NCBI GenBank assembly: GCA_902629465.1 | Contig: CACOQX010000001.1 | Location: 17,632-81,631, forward strand | DNA: 64,000 nucleotides | Source: an uncultured SAR86 cluster bacterium | GTDB lineage: Bacteria; Pseudomonadota; Gammaproteobacteria; Magnimaribacterales; AG-339-G14 | Reading direction: 5' to 3' | Part shown: positions 39,949 to 50,103 of the stretch, in pieces | Layout: each line of letters begins with the position of its first letter | Position numbering within the stretch: the stretch's first letter is position 1 | Position numbers and translations under genes: made by a program | Notes under the pieces: generated by a model | What the model was told of the DNA's origin: nothing | Database searches by the model: none | Seen by the model: only the letters and a program-made list of their open reading frames with translations

Positions 39949-40926
39949 TCAAATCTTTTTATTCTTCATGAATTGATATGTTATTTCTATTCCTGTCCTG
40001 ATGTCAGTTCTGAACTTCCAATTTAGTTCTTTCTCAATAAAGGAGCAATCAGAAATGCCAGCAAAATATGCATCTCCTGATACTGCGGAAACATTTTCAA
40101 TATTTGCTTTTGATTCTGAGATTTCCTCACAAATCTCAATAATTTGATTCGTTGAGGTTTTTACTCCAGTGCCAATATTAAAAGTTCTAAAATCCCTTGG
40201 AGAAAGTAGAATTTTGAAAATCGCCTCTACAGCATCATCAATATAAAGCCAATCTCTTACGGCCTCTCCATCACCATATTTCTCGATTTTTTCTCCAGTT
40301 ATAATAGAATTGAGAACCCTCCAAACAAACATATCATGCCTGCATCTAGGACCATACATTGGCTGCATTCTGGTAATAGAAAGAGGAATATTTGTATTAA
40401 AAAAATTACAATAAAATAAACTCTCTGCAGCGGCTTTGGTTGCGCCATATGGGTTTATAGGTCTAAATAAATCTGTCTCTCTTATAAATGCGTCAGCTGA
40501 ACCCTTTTCTCCTATAGCGCTTCTGCTTGAAACAAAAACAATATGCTCTAGAGAATTGGCATTTTTGAGAGAATCAATAACATTTTGACTTCCATGCACA
40601 TTAGTTTCAATAAAATCATGAGGAATTAACATACTTAATCTATCCATCACTAAAGAGGCACAATGAATAATAAAGTTAGGGTCTTCTTTGATGATAACTC
40701 CTGAAATCTCCTTTCTATTTCTAATATCTGATTTGTAAAATTTAAAATTCTTAAGCTCTTGCGATTTTTTTTTTAAAATCTTCAAGTTTTGTTCTTTTTC
40801 AGTGGAATCAGTAGTTTCGGAATTAAGTATATCTACGACAATAGTTTCATAACCCAGTTCTATGGCCTTAATGGCTAAATGACTTCCAAAAAAACCTGCC
40901 CCACCAGTAATAAGAATTTTTTTCAT
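39949..40926 (-). CDS. NAD-dependent NDP-sugar epimerase/dehydratase (extended SDR)
   Basis: 325 aa with ILITGGAGFFGSHL, YGATKAAAE and GDGEAVRDWLYIDD. Epimerase versus 4,6-dehydratase cannot be resolved by eye. Confidence 0.85.
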   Translation of the reverse strand: MKKILITGGAGFFGSHLAIKAIELGYETIVVDILNSETTDSTEKEQNLKILKKKSQELKNFKFYKSDIRNRKEISGVIIKEDPNFIIHCASLVMDRLSMLIPHDFIETNVHGSQNVIDSLKNANSLEHIVFVSSRSAIGEKGSADAFIRETDLFRPINPYGATKAAAESLFYCNFFNTNIPLSITRMQPMYGPRCRHDMFVWRVLNSIITGEKIEKYGDGEAVRDWLYIDDAVEAIFKILLSPRDFRTFNIGTGVKTSTNQIIEICEEISESKANIENVSAVSGDAYFAGISDCSFIEKELNWKFRTDIRTGIEITYQFMKNKKI

Positions 40927-41975
40927 TTAGCAAAAGATTTACAAAGTAATTTTTTAAGCTGATTCTTTTGCAAGCTAGAGCTGTACTTTGTCACGATAGG
41001 ATGAATCTCACCTGAAAGTTTTTCATTTATTCTAGTTGCTTTTTTAATTAAAGAATTGATGTCTCTTATTTGATAAGGAGAAAAATAATGCGCATAATCT
41101 TCGCAAACTTCTCTATGAACTTCTATATCCGAAGCAGCTACAGGCGTTTTAAAATAGAAAGCTTCTAAAGGAGGAATGCCAAATCCTTCATAGAATGAAG
41201 GATATATTAAGCATTTTGCATTAATGTAACATGCTGACAAAGCTCCTCCTTTTAAATGGCCTGTATATATGATTTTTTCTGATTGGTAGGACATTGTAGT
41301 AGCTTTTTCATTGAAGTGAGAATATTTGTTTCCTACTATGACAAGGTCTTCGCTTATATTTTCTTTTAGGTATATTTCTATTAATTGAGATAAGTTTTTT
41401 CTAGGATCATTACTTCCAATAGCTAATATATATTCTTTTCCTGACAAAATTTCAGGCAATAAAGGCTTTTCTGTTTCTCTAAATAGATGATCGACTGTAT
41501 TATTCACAATCATCACGTCAGAAATATTGTATTTTTCTTCAAATTCTTTTTTTGTAAACTTACTTACAGCTGCAATTTTTAAATTCCTCCTAGAAACTAA
41601 ACTAAATGCTACCCTATAAAAATACCTATATAGCAAACTATAAAATTTAGGATATTTTAAAAAAGAAATGTCATGAACAAAATAGATTATCTTTTTATAA
41701 ATCAAAGAAGGAGCCCCACAAAAACTAATTAAAATAGAATTTGTGAAAATGCAATAAAGGGGGAGATCGATTTGCTCCCATAAATGCCCCTTAAAAATTC
41801 CAAATTGTTTAATATTAAGCTTTTCTTTTAAATTAAGATCAATTTTTCCTTTTGGAGCTAGATATGTAAATTCGTAGTCTTCCATGCTATTAAGCGCTAA
41901 GGAACATTCTTCGGCAAACCTTTGCACTCCTGTTGTTTCTTGGGTCGCAAACCTTGAATTAATTACAATTTTCAA
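40923..41975 (-). CDS. GT4-family glycosyltransferase
   Basis: 350 aa, YEGFGIPPLEAFYFKTPVAASD. Confidence 0.8.
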   Translation of the reverse strand: MKIVINSRFATQETTGVQRFAEECSLALNSMEDYEFTYLAPKGKIDLNLKEKLNIKQFGIFKGHLWEQIDLPLYCIFTNSILISFCGAPSLIYKKIIYFVHDISFLKYPKFYSLLYRYFYRVAFSLVSRRNLKIAAVSKFTKKEFEEKYNISDVMIVNNTVDHLFRETEKPLLPEILSGKEYILAIGSNDPRKNLSQLIEIYLKENISEDLVIVGNKYSHFNEKATTMSYQSEKIIYTGHLKGGALSACYINAKCLIYPSFYEGFGIPPLEAFYFKTPVAASDIEVHREVCEDYAHYFSPYQIRDINSLIKKATRINEKLSGEIHPIVTKYSSSLQKNQLKKLLCKSFAK

Positions 41976-43327
41976 TTTAGAGATTCTTCTGAAATAATTT
42001 TTGAAACTATATCTTTAGCAGTTGTTTTGATAGAAGGTCGTGAAAAACCAGATAAGAATTTATTGTAATCTAACAATATTGAATCATCCAGATTGATTAA
42101 ATGATTAAATATTTCATCAGGGCTTCTAATTATATTTTTGAAAAGATTTTTGGAAAGAATATCTAAATGCTGATAATTGGCTAATCTTTCAAAAAAAAGT
42201 GAATGTTTAGAAAATGAATTTTTTAAGAAGTTTGCATCTAAATGTAATATAGGTTTATTAGAGAAAGCGAATTCAAGCGTATATGTTGAGCCTGCACTTA
42301 TCAAAACGTCTGCTTCAAAAAAATCTGCTATCTTTTTTTTAGCATTTCTTTCAAAAGATATATTTTCATTTTGATTCCCTAACCTTGGTATGTTTGAGAA
42401 ATTATGATGATCAAAAATTTCAATTAGAGGATTATCTGCTAGTTTTTTATGAAGGATTTTTTTTCCCTTGGAAGGATATCTCCTAAAAATAATTTTGAAA
42501 TTTGGTACTTTATTTTTTAGGAGATCTGCCAAATCACTTATAAAATTAACTTCTTTTTCAAACATAATCTCATCAGATTCGGGAAATACACCTGCATATA
42601 AAACTTTAATTTCTTTAGAATAACTTTTTTGTAAAGAATTGTTTTTTAATGATTTTAAAAATTCTTCTTCTTCAAAAAGATAATCATGCATTAAGGAACC
42701 TGATATGTGTATTTTCTCCTCTTGAATATTGTAATGCTTGATGAGTTCATTTTTGTTTATGTAGTTCCAAACAAAATAACCGTCTGAAAATCTATTTAAA
42801 GTAGAGTAATGAGTGTTATCCCAAGAATAGACTATGCTAAAAATTTTTCTTGCTTCTTTTCTCGCATAAACAATTAATGGGTTCAAATTTAGAGTATGTC
42901 TTAAGTTTGCGTCTACAACACATATATCGTTTTTATTAATGTAATTACTATAATTTTTTCTAGAATATAAAAGTTTACAGATTGAGCTATAGTAAGGAAG
43001 AAGTTTAAGCGTACTCAATAAATATTTTACTTGAGCCAAAAGGCTAATAATCACTTTAAACTTTCTGTAATAGTTTCTCTTAAAAAACTCCTTTTCTTGC
43101 CTAGTTTTAATGTTTTTGTAAAACATTAAAAAAAATTTTTCTACTGCAGTCTGTTTATGATTAAAAAATAAATGCTTACATGGATAATCTTCATCCAAAT
43201 GGATATTAGTTACTACAGTGACATTAAATTTTTTTTTTAAAAAAATTAAGAGAGAGATGATATTGGGATTTAAAGCATCTAAGGTAAAAAAAACTATTCT
43301 TTGAGATTTAGGATTGTTTTGTTTCAT
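41972..43327 (-). CDS. orphan protein, possibly GT-B-like transferase
   Basis: 451 aa, soluble and Lys/Asn-rich. The C-terminal segment DVLISAGSTYTLEFAFSNKPILHL is reminiscent of TagF/KpsS-type transferases. No confident family. Confidence 0.45.
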   Translation of the reverse strand: MKQNNPKSQRIVFFTLDALNPNIISLLIFLKKKFNVTVVTNIHLDEDYPCKHLFFNHKQTAVEKFFLMFYKNIKTRQEKEFFKRNYYRKFKVIISLLAQVKYLLSTLKLLPYYSSICKLLYSRKNYSNYINKNDICVVDANLRHTLNLNPLIVYARKEARKIFSIVYSWDNTHYSTLNRFSDGYFVWNYINKNELIKHYNIQEEKIHISGSLMHDYLFEEEEFLKSLKNNSLQKSYSKEIKVLYAGVFPESDEIMFEKEVNFISDLADLLKNKVPNFKIIFRRYPSKGKKILHKKLADNPLIEIFDHHNFSNIPRLGNQNENISFERNAKKKIADFFEADVLISAGSTYTLEFAFSNKPILHLDANFLKNSFSKHSLFFERLANYQHLDILSKNLFKNIIRSPDEIFNHLINLDDSILLDYNKFLSGFSRPSIKTTAKDIVSKIISEESLN

Positions 43328-44666
43328 AAACCTTCGTGATTTTGCACATTAAACTAAAAACAATTAAACAGAAAACAAATAAGATAAACCTCGAACTAAT
43401 TATTGCATTTGTGATTGTTATAAAAAGGAATGTCATCGAAAAATAAAGAAAAAGAGATTTTCTAGTTAAAGATAATTCATTAAAGTTTTTATTGAAAATA
43501 ATTGGAACTGAAAAAATTAATATTGATGAAAAGACATAGATCCCTATCCAACCATAATCATAACCAAGAGCTCCAAAGGCAGTAACTAAATTAAATCTAC
43601 CAATATATGGCAATGTTTGAAATAAAACTGAGGATTCTACAACTGTTTCTGATTGTTCTTCTGTAAAGAAGCTTAAAAGAGCTGGGGAAAAATTCTGAAG
43701 AGTTTTAAACGATGAATCACCCAAGTTTGCATGTTCTCTTATACAGATAATTAAGCTATCAAAATTTATTACTCCATAACCATATGCCCATGCAAGAGGA
43801 CTTGGAAGGTTTTCAGAAAATCCTCCATAGTTTTGAATACTAAAAGAAAACTCATCTACAAAGCCCCCTTCAGTGATAGAAGATCTTAAGGCTCCAATTA
43901 TTGAAAAACCTATTAAAATTGAAAAAACAGGAATGAGGGATAGTGTAATTTTTCTTAAGTATGAGCTTTGAGAAAAAATAAAATATGAAATGAAAACTAT
44001 CGACAACATATATATTAGGGATCCTCTAGCAACCATTAAGACACTATGAATTGAGTACAAAATAACCAATATAATTAAAACTTTCTTGGCGGGATTAAAT
44101 TTATATTGAACGATGCTTAGAATTGCTGCCATCAAAAGAAGCATCTGATGAGACATAGAATAAAAAATAGGAATTCTGTAATTTGTTCTAGATTCATTCA
44201 AAATTACTGAACCTAAACTAAAGTCAAAAATAGGTACTCCATTTAAGATAAGATCTAATAAAAGAATTGAGAAGCTAAAATAAGTTAAAAAGGAAACTAA
44301 CTTTAACAATGCATCAAATCTAATGTTTTGCATAGGATCTTCGAAAGTTTCACTTATTAAAAGTAAGTTTCTTCTTTGAACTAGGCCTGATAAAAAAAAT
44401 AAAATTATTGTTGGCAGAAAAAAAACTAAACTCATTAAAATCTGTTCATGCCACTCCCAACTTATTTGGAGATTAGATAATTTAAGTCTATTGAAGATTA
44501 TTAAAAAAGACCAAAAAATATTAATTATCAACAAAAATTGGATTTTATAAGATTGAACTTTTCCATAAAAAAATAAAGATGTGATAATTATTAAGAAAGA
44601 TAAGGTAAAGCTTAAAAAGTCTGAGGTACCAAAATCTAAATATTCCTGCTCGAATGCATTATTCAT
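43308..44666 (-). CDS. wzy: O-antigen/oligosaccharide repeat-unit polymerase (Wzy-like)
   Basis: 452 aa with more than 10 TM segments and one large loop. Sits next to wzx. Assigned by topology and context, not by motif. Confidence 0.6.
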   Translation of the reverse strand: MNNAFEQEYLDFGTSDFLSFTLSFLIIITSLFFYGKVQSYKIQFLLIINIFWSFLIIFNRLKLSNLQISWEWHEQILMSLVFFLPTIILFFLSGLVQRRNLLLISETFEDPMQNIRFDALLKLVSFLTYFSFSILLLDLILNGVPIFDFSLGSVILNESRTNYRIPIFYSMSHQMLLLMAAILSIVQYKFNPAKKVLIILVILYSIHSVLMVARGSLIYMLSIVFISYFIFSQSSYLRKITLSLIPVFSILIGFSIIGALRSSITEGGFVDEFSFSIQNYGGFSENLPSPLAWAYGYGVINFDSLIICIREHANLGDSSFKTLQNFSPALLSFFTEEQSETVVESSVLFQTLPYIGRFNLVTAFGALGYDYGWIGIYVFSSILIFSVPIIFNKNFNELSLTRKSLFLYFSMTFLFITITNAIISSRFILFVFCLIVFSLMCKITKVYETKQS

Positions 44667-44670
44667 TTTT

Positions 44671-45948
44671 CTAAGCTTTTTGAAGGATAAATATTTGCTT
44701 GTAAAAAAATCTTATTCTGAGAATTAACTCTAAAATAGATACTATGGTTATCAAAAGCATTACTGAATTAAAATGAAGTTCTATTTCTAGTGATGAATTA
44801 TAAATCATAGGAATACAAAAATACGGTAAAGCAATTAATAAAGTAAGTATATTAGAGAACCAGAAAAATTTAATTTGTCCAAAAATTGGGCCAGAAGCTG
44901 ATATGTAAGTGTTTGCAAGTACAGACAGACCAACTGCGGCAAAGAGAAAATAAAAACTATAAGTAAATTGATTAAAGAAATATTTAGCAACAGGCTCTGA
45001 TACAAAACATACGATTGTAAGAAGTAACACTAAGGCAAACAATTGGAAAAAAAGCTTGATAACAGACTTATAAGTTTTTATTTGAGAAAAATTAGGAATA
45101 TCCTTTATCAAAGACTGATAATTTTTTGCTATATATGGGAAAGAAAACAAACTTGATATCACAGATACAAATGACCAAAAAAATGAATAAATACCCTGTA
45201 TATCAAGTCCTAAGGCGACAGATAAAAAAGTTCTTTCCAAAACCATGATTAGGTTATTAATTTGATTTTGTACAAATTGTGGTCCTGATATAAAAAATAA
45301 GTCTTTCGTGCTTGATAAAATATTTTTTGGAACAAAGAAGTCAGAGATAATGATTTTTCTTATAATCCCAAAACTTAATGATTCAAATATTATTAAAGAA
45401 AATAAACATAAAATATATAAAGACAAGGTCTCGAAAACTAGAATAGTATCGAAGAAAAGTAATGAGAAAAAAATAGTTATCGCAAGAATTATTGAGCGAA
45501 TTAAGTCTCTAAATGAGGCATATAAAACATATCCTAAATTTCTATAAAACTTTCCAAATTCTAGTGAAAGTGATTCTATTGAAATTAAAAGAGGAATAAG
45601 AATTAAAAAAGCAGGAAAAGAAAGAAAAGAAAAAAGAAAAAAACCTATCAATCCTAAAATAATTGCAAGAAAATTTATTCTTAAACCTTGTTTAAGAAAT
45701 AGGTTAAAAACTTGTATTTTTCCTCTCTGATCTTCGCCAACATACTTGGATGAAAAAAATAGACCTAAATCAAGGCCTACTAATGTAGCGCCAAAAGTAA
45801 GAATTGAAATGGAAAGATAATAAACTCCTAAATTTTCTTCGGAAGATAACCAAATTATAGAAATAGGAATAATTGTCCTTATAAGTGTCGCGACAATTCT
45901 TAAAAATAAAGCTAAATCAATATCTTTGAGTAAGTTCTTAAGCGTCAC
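44671..45948 (-). CDS. wzx: MOP-superfamily polysaccharide flippase (Wzx-like)
   Basis: 425 aa with about 12 TM segments, in cluster context. Confidence 0.7.
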   Translation of the reverse strand: MTLKNLLKDIDLALFLRIVATLIRTIIPISIIWLSSEENLGVYYLSISILTFGATLVGLDLGLFFSSKYVGEDQRGKIQVFNLFLKQGLRINFLAIILGLIGFFLFSFLSFPAFLILIPLLISIESLSLEFGKFYRNLGYVLYASFRDLIRSIILAITIFFSLLFFDTILVFETLSLYILCLFSLIIFESLSFGIIRKIIISDFFVPKNILSSTKDLFFISGPQFVQNQINNLIMVLERTFLSVALGLDIQGIYSFFWSFVSVISSLFSFPYIAKNYQSLIKDIPNFSQIKTYKSVIKLFFQLFALVLLLTIVCFVSEPVAKYFFNQFTYSFYFLFAAVGLSVLANTYISASGPIFGQIKFFWFSNILTLLIALPYFCIPMIYNSSLEIELHFNSVMLLITIVSILELILRIRFFYKQIFILQKA

Positions 45949-46754
45949 CTGATACTGTAGCCCCCATCAATAACCAAAGATTGGCCTGTGATGTAACTGG
46001 ATGCGTCAGAACTTAAAAATAAGATTGCAGGAATGATCTCCTCAGCTCTTGCTAATCTGCCCAAAGGGACTTTTTTATTGTAATTCTTAGTAAATGTTGA
46101 ATCTTGATTGGAACTATCTTCTATACCTCCTGGTACAATGCAATTTACTTTAATTTTTTTCTTGCCCCAATAGCCAGCTAACCATTTTGTGAGACCAATA
46201 ACTCCAGCTTTTGAAGCAGAATACACTGCGGGAGATGACATTATTTCTTTCTTGTACTTTGAATTTTTATAAATATCAAAATCTGGAGAAACTATCCCAT
46301 ATATTGATGAGATTTGTATTATCGATCCTCCGTTTTTATTATTTAAAAATTCCTTACCTACAAGTTTAGACATCAAAAACATTGAGTTTAAATTTACTTC
46401 CATAACTTCCTGCCACGTATCTAAACTGTAGTCTTCAAATTTCCTGAAGAATTCTTTTAAATTTTCTGTTTTAGTAGCTGCATTGTTTATCAAAACATCA
46501 AAACGTTTAAATTGGTTTTTAATTTTTGATAAAGCTTTTCTTATTTCAAGTTCATTTTTTATATTGCATTTCACATAAATGAAGTTTTCATTTTTATCAA
46601 AAGCCATATTGTGTGATGCTTCTAGGTCTAAGCCAGCGACTTTTGCATTGTTTTTAAGACATTCTTCGACAAGACTTCTTCCCAAAAGGCCATTACATCC
46701 TGTAATCAAAATTACTTTTCCTGAGATATCAAATTCTGACAAAGTCATATTCAA
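45945..46754 (-). CDS. short-chain dehydrogenase/reductase
   Basis: 269 aa with ITGCNGLLG and YSASKAG. Confidence 0.85.
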   Translation of the reverse strand: MNMTLSEFDISGKVILITGCNGLLGRSLVEECLKNNAKVAGLDLEASHNMAFDKNENFIYVKCNIKNELEIRKALSKIKNQFKRFDVLINNAATKTENLKEFFRKFEDYSLDTWQEVMEVNLNSMFLMSKLVGKEFLNNKNGGSIIQISSIYGIVSPDFDIYKNSKYKKEIMSSPAVYSASKAGVIGLTKWLAGYWGKKKIKVNCIVPGGIEDSSNQDSTFTKNYNKKVPLGRLARAEEIIPAILFLSSDASSYITGQSLVIDGGYSIR

Positions 46755-48076
46755 TTAAGTCTTTCAAAACCTGAGTGTTTTACCTCAGAATTTAAAAAGC
46801 TTTTTGGTTTATTTGAAGACATAGCTTTTTTTATAACTTCAAAACTACTAGATACTGCGGCCTTGAATTTGTTAAAAACGCTTTTGTTATATGCAAAAGA
46901 AGAATAAACACTCGACCCGGCTAAAAAATTGCGCTTTAGCATTTCTTGGGTATAAATAGTTTCTAAAATTTTTGGCTCCTTGTGTAAGAAAGTAATTTTA
47001 GTAAGCGGTTCGATTCCAGAAATATCGATTTCAATGTTATTTTCTGTAGCTGCATCAATCCAAATTTTATTAACTTTTTTTCCTCCTTCAATGAGTTTTA
47101 AGGGAACTTTTTTTTCTTCAAATTTCTCAATTGTTGCCAAGGCGGCAACGTATCCTACTCTTTCGGTCCAATAAGTAGAGCTTATAAATGTATCTTGGGC
47201 TGCATCCATTACATCTTTTTTTCCAATCACAGCAGAGATCGGGAAGCCATTTCCTAAGGCTTTTCCAAAAATTGCCATATCAGGATTTACATTAAGTTTT
47301 TTATGAATACCTCCTATGGTTTCTCGAAAACCTGATGTAATTTCATCAAAAATCAAAATTATATTTTCTTTGTTGCAAATCTCTCTTATTTCTTCAAGAT
47401 AACCTTCAACAGGAAGACTATTTCGGACCGGCTCCATACAAATTGCTGCTATTTTATTTTTATGAATTTTGATGAGTTTTTTTAAAGATGCAATATCATT
47501 GTATTTGAAAGGAAATGAGGTTCCGGTGAGGTTTTTAGAAACTCCCTTTGACTCTAATCCCGCAAGAAGATGTTGATTTAGGTTGGATTTATTCTTCAAG
47601 TTTGTAGAGATATACCAATCGTGCCAACCATGATAACCACAAAATAAAATAACTTCTTTTCCAGAAGAAGCTCTTGCAATCCTAATAGCTATTGAACATG
47701 CCTCACCTCCACCTCTTGAGAATCTTGCCATATCTGCCCAAGGATGAAGAGATATTAATTTAGAAGCTAAACTCACTTCTTCAAATGAATTTAGGGTGGA
47801 CATTGAACCTGAGTTTATTGCTTGTTTTACTTTGTTATTAACAAAGTTATCAGAAAAACCTAAAGCACAAGCTCCTATACCCATGGTGGCAAAGTCATAA
47901 AATTGATTACCATCTAAATCCCAAACCTTGCATCCTTTTGCTTTGGAATAATATGATGGCCAAAGTTTAGGAAGAAACATCTCTGGTCTTTTTGATAAAA
48001 GTTGATTGCCTCCTGGAATTATTTCTTTAGCAGTTTTCCAAAGATTCTGTCCTGTTTTTTTTCTTTTTAGTTCCAT
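46751..48076 (-). CDS. class III PLP aminotransferase (glutamate-1-semialdehyde aminomutase-like)
   Basis: 441 aa with DEITSGFR and FGKALGNGFP (PLP lysine). Confidence 0.85.
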   Translation of the reverse strand: MELKRKKTGQNLWKTAKEIIPGGNQLLSKRPEMFLPKLWPSYYSKAKGCKVWDLDGNQFYDFATMGIGACALGFSDNFVNNKVKQAINSGSMSTLNSFEEVSLASKLISLHPWADMARFSRGGGEACSIAIRIARASSGKEVILFCGYHGWHDWYISTNLKNKSNLNQHLLAGLESKGVSKNLTGTSFPFKYNDIASLKKLIKIHKNKIAAICMEPVRNSLPVEGYLEEIREICNKENIILIFDEITSGFRETIGGIHKKLNVNPDMAIFGKALGNGFPISAVIGKKDVMDAAQDTFISSTYWTERVGYVAALATIEKFEEKKVPLKLIEGGKKVNKIWIDAATENNIEIDISGIEPLTKITFLHKEPKILETIYTQEMLKRNFLAGSSVYSSFAYNKSVFNKFKAAVSSSFEVIKKAMSSNKPKSFLNSEVKHSGFERLN

Positions 48077-48720
48077 ATTTTGTTTATTTTAAAATTATCA
48101 AAAAGCTTGTAACTAGAGGGATTCCCAGTAAATACCTTATTTTCAGCCAATTCAAAATCCTTAACAAGAGAATTAGATCCTACTGAACAGTTTTTTTTAA
48201 TTACTGATTTTCCAATAATCGAGGCTCCAGGATGAAGAGTCAAATATTCACCCAAAATCGGTGAATTACCCTTGTTGTCACCTATTCCACATCTTTGATA
48301 AACCACTAAAAAATCTGAATATTTTGCTCTTCCTAGAACAGTTCCCAAGGGATGAATGAATATAAAAATCTTAGGAAGCTCTACTTCATAGTAAGCGTCA
48401 ATACCATGGAGATACTTATTTAAAAGATAAATTTTGGTAGCTAAATCTAAATATTCACTATCTATGTAAATTTGATTAGAGAGGATGTAAAGAAACATTG
48501 CATATTGATCGCCGTTAAGATGATTAAATATCACTTCTTTATCATTTTTGAAATACTTATTGTTTATTTTTGAAAAACAGTATTCCGTCCTAGTTAAAGA
48601 AACTTCCATTGAAAGATTTAGTTTTGCTGAGTAGTCATTGTATTTCTCATCAGGGAAAAAATTAGATAGCTGATTAGCTAAATAACTAATAAGATTTTTT
48701 TTGGATAAAGTTTTTTTCAT
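48067..48720 (-). CDS. left-handed beta-helix acyltransferase, serine-acetyltransferase-like
   Basis: 217 aa with a helical N-domain followed by IHPLGTVLG...CGIGDN hexapeptide repeats. Confidence 0.55.
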   Translation of the reverse strand: MKKTLSKKNLISYLANQLSNFFPDEKYNDYSAKLNLSMEVSLTRTEYCFSKINNKYFKNDKEVIFNHLNGDQYAMFLYILSNQIYIDSEYLDLATKIYLLNKYLHGIDAYYEVELPKIFIFIHPLGTVLGRAKYSDFLVVYQRCGIGDNKGNSPILGEYLTLHPGASIIGKSVIKKNCSVGSNSLVKDFELAENKVFTGNPSSYKLFDNFKINKIWN

Positions 48721-48724
48721 TTAA

Positions 48725-49498
48725 TTAACTTTCTAAATTTCTTACATTATCAAGAATATTACTGATATATATTCTAGATTTTTCAAATCCATTTCCAATA
48801 AAGTTAAAAAGGTTTCCAGTTCCTACTGCTGATACTTCCCTATATTTTAAAGCCTCTACAAAGTGTTCCGGTTTTCCAGCACCTCCACAAATTATAAGTG
48901 GCATAGATAATTCTGGTAAAGAATTCAATATCATAGGATCGAACCCTATTCCTGTTCCATCTCTATCAATGTCGTTAATCATAATTTCGCCTACTCCTAA
49001 CTTCTGAAATAGTTTTAGATGTTCATCAAATTTTAAATATCTATTTTCTCCATTGTCACAGTATGTTAAGACCTCACCTTGCTCTCTTTTGAAGTCTATA
49101 GAACCAACTACAGCTTGTGCTCCATATTTTTCAATACAAGACGAAATAAAGTTTGTATTTTTAGATATAACTGAGTTAAGCACAATTTTATCTGCGCCTG
49201 AATCAAAATAATTTTGTACTTTATCATGATTTATGACACCCCCACCCAAAGAAAGAGGTACAAAAATATTTGTCATGATTTGTTTTACGGCGAGGGTAAA
49301 AATTTCATTATTATTTTGATATTTATTTCTAGAAACATCTAGGATAACTAATTCATCAATAAAATTTCCTATCTGAGAAAAGTTGAACTTATCAATAAGC
49401 CACCTTACATCTCCAACTTCTTGAAGTCGAAAATTTCTACTCAAGCAAAAAACTCCCTCTTTATAGAAGAGAATGAAAATCAATCTTTTTTTTAGCAT
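48725..49498 (-). CDS. hisF: HisF paralogue (WbuZ-type glycosyl amidation cyclase subunit)
   Basis: 257 aa TIM-barrel HisF pattern (DELVILD, GGGV, DRDGTG, GGAG), sitting in a polysaccharide context. Confidence 0.85.
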   Translation of the reverse strand: MLKKRLIFILFYKEGVFCLSRNFRLQEVGDVRWLIDKFNFSQIGNFIDELVILDVSRNKYQNNNEIFTLAVKQIMTNIFVPLSLGGGVINHDKVQNYFDSGADKIVLNSVISKNTNFISSCIEKYGAQAVVGSIDFKREQGEVLTYCDNGENRYLKFDEHLKLFQKLGVGEIMINDIDRDGTGIGFDPMILNSLPELSMPLIICGGAGKPEHFVEALKYREVSAVGTGNLFNFIGNGFEKSRIYISNILDNVRNLES

Positions 49499-50103
49499 GT
49501 ACAGAATTCTTTTAGAATTTTTAGTCCTAAGATTCCAGATTTTTCAGGGTGAAATTGTGTTGCAAATATATTATTAAGTTTGATTGTGGAAATGATATCA
49601 ATTGTTCCATATTGAACAGAACTGTACTTAACATTTTTTATATCTCTTTTTGAAGCTCCATAAGAATGAATGAAATAAAAATCTTTTTTGTAGACTAAAT
49701 CTTTAAAAAAACCATCATCTTCACAGTGAGAAACTTCATTGAAACCAACATGCGGTATTTTTTCATTACATCCTAAATTTTTTAAATTTTTTACATTTAA
49801 ATCTAATAAACCCAAACCCTTTCTTAATCCTTCTTCACTATCTTTACAAAGAAGTTGCATGCCCAGACAAATACCTAATATTTTTGTGTTTGCAAAATCT
49901 AACTTTTTTAAAGAATCAAATAAATCTGCTTTTTCTAATGCGTCAACTCCGGAATCAAAGGAGCCTACGCCTGGAAGTATGAGGTGAGAGAAAGTTCCTA
50001 AATTTGATTTCGATTTTATGGTTTCAAAATTAACTTCTAGATTTTTAAGAGCATTTTGGAGAGAGCCAATATTGTTTATTCCTAAATCAATTATTCCAAT
50101 CAT
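49492..50103 (-). CDS. hisH: HisH paralogue (WbuY-type glutamine amidotransferase subunit)
   Basis: 203 aa with GICLGMQLL (catalytic Cys) and FHPEKS. Confidence 0.85.
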   Translation of the reverse strand: MIGIIDLGINNIGSLQNALKNLEVNFETIKSKSNLGTFSHLILPGVGSFDSGVDALEKADLFDSLKKLDFANTKILGICLGMQLLCKDSEEGLRKGLGLLDLNVKNLKNLGCNEKIPHVGFNEVSHCEDDGFFKDLVYKKDFYFIHSYGASKRDIKNVKYSSVQYGTIDIISTIKLNNIFATQFHPEKSGILGLKILKEFCTC

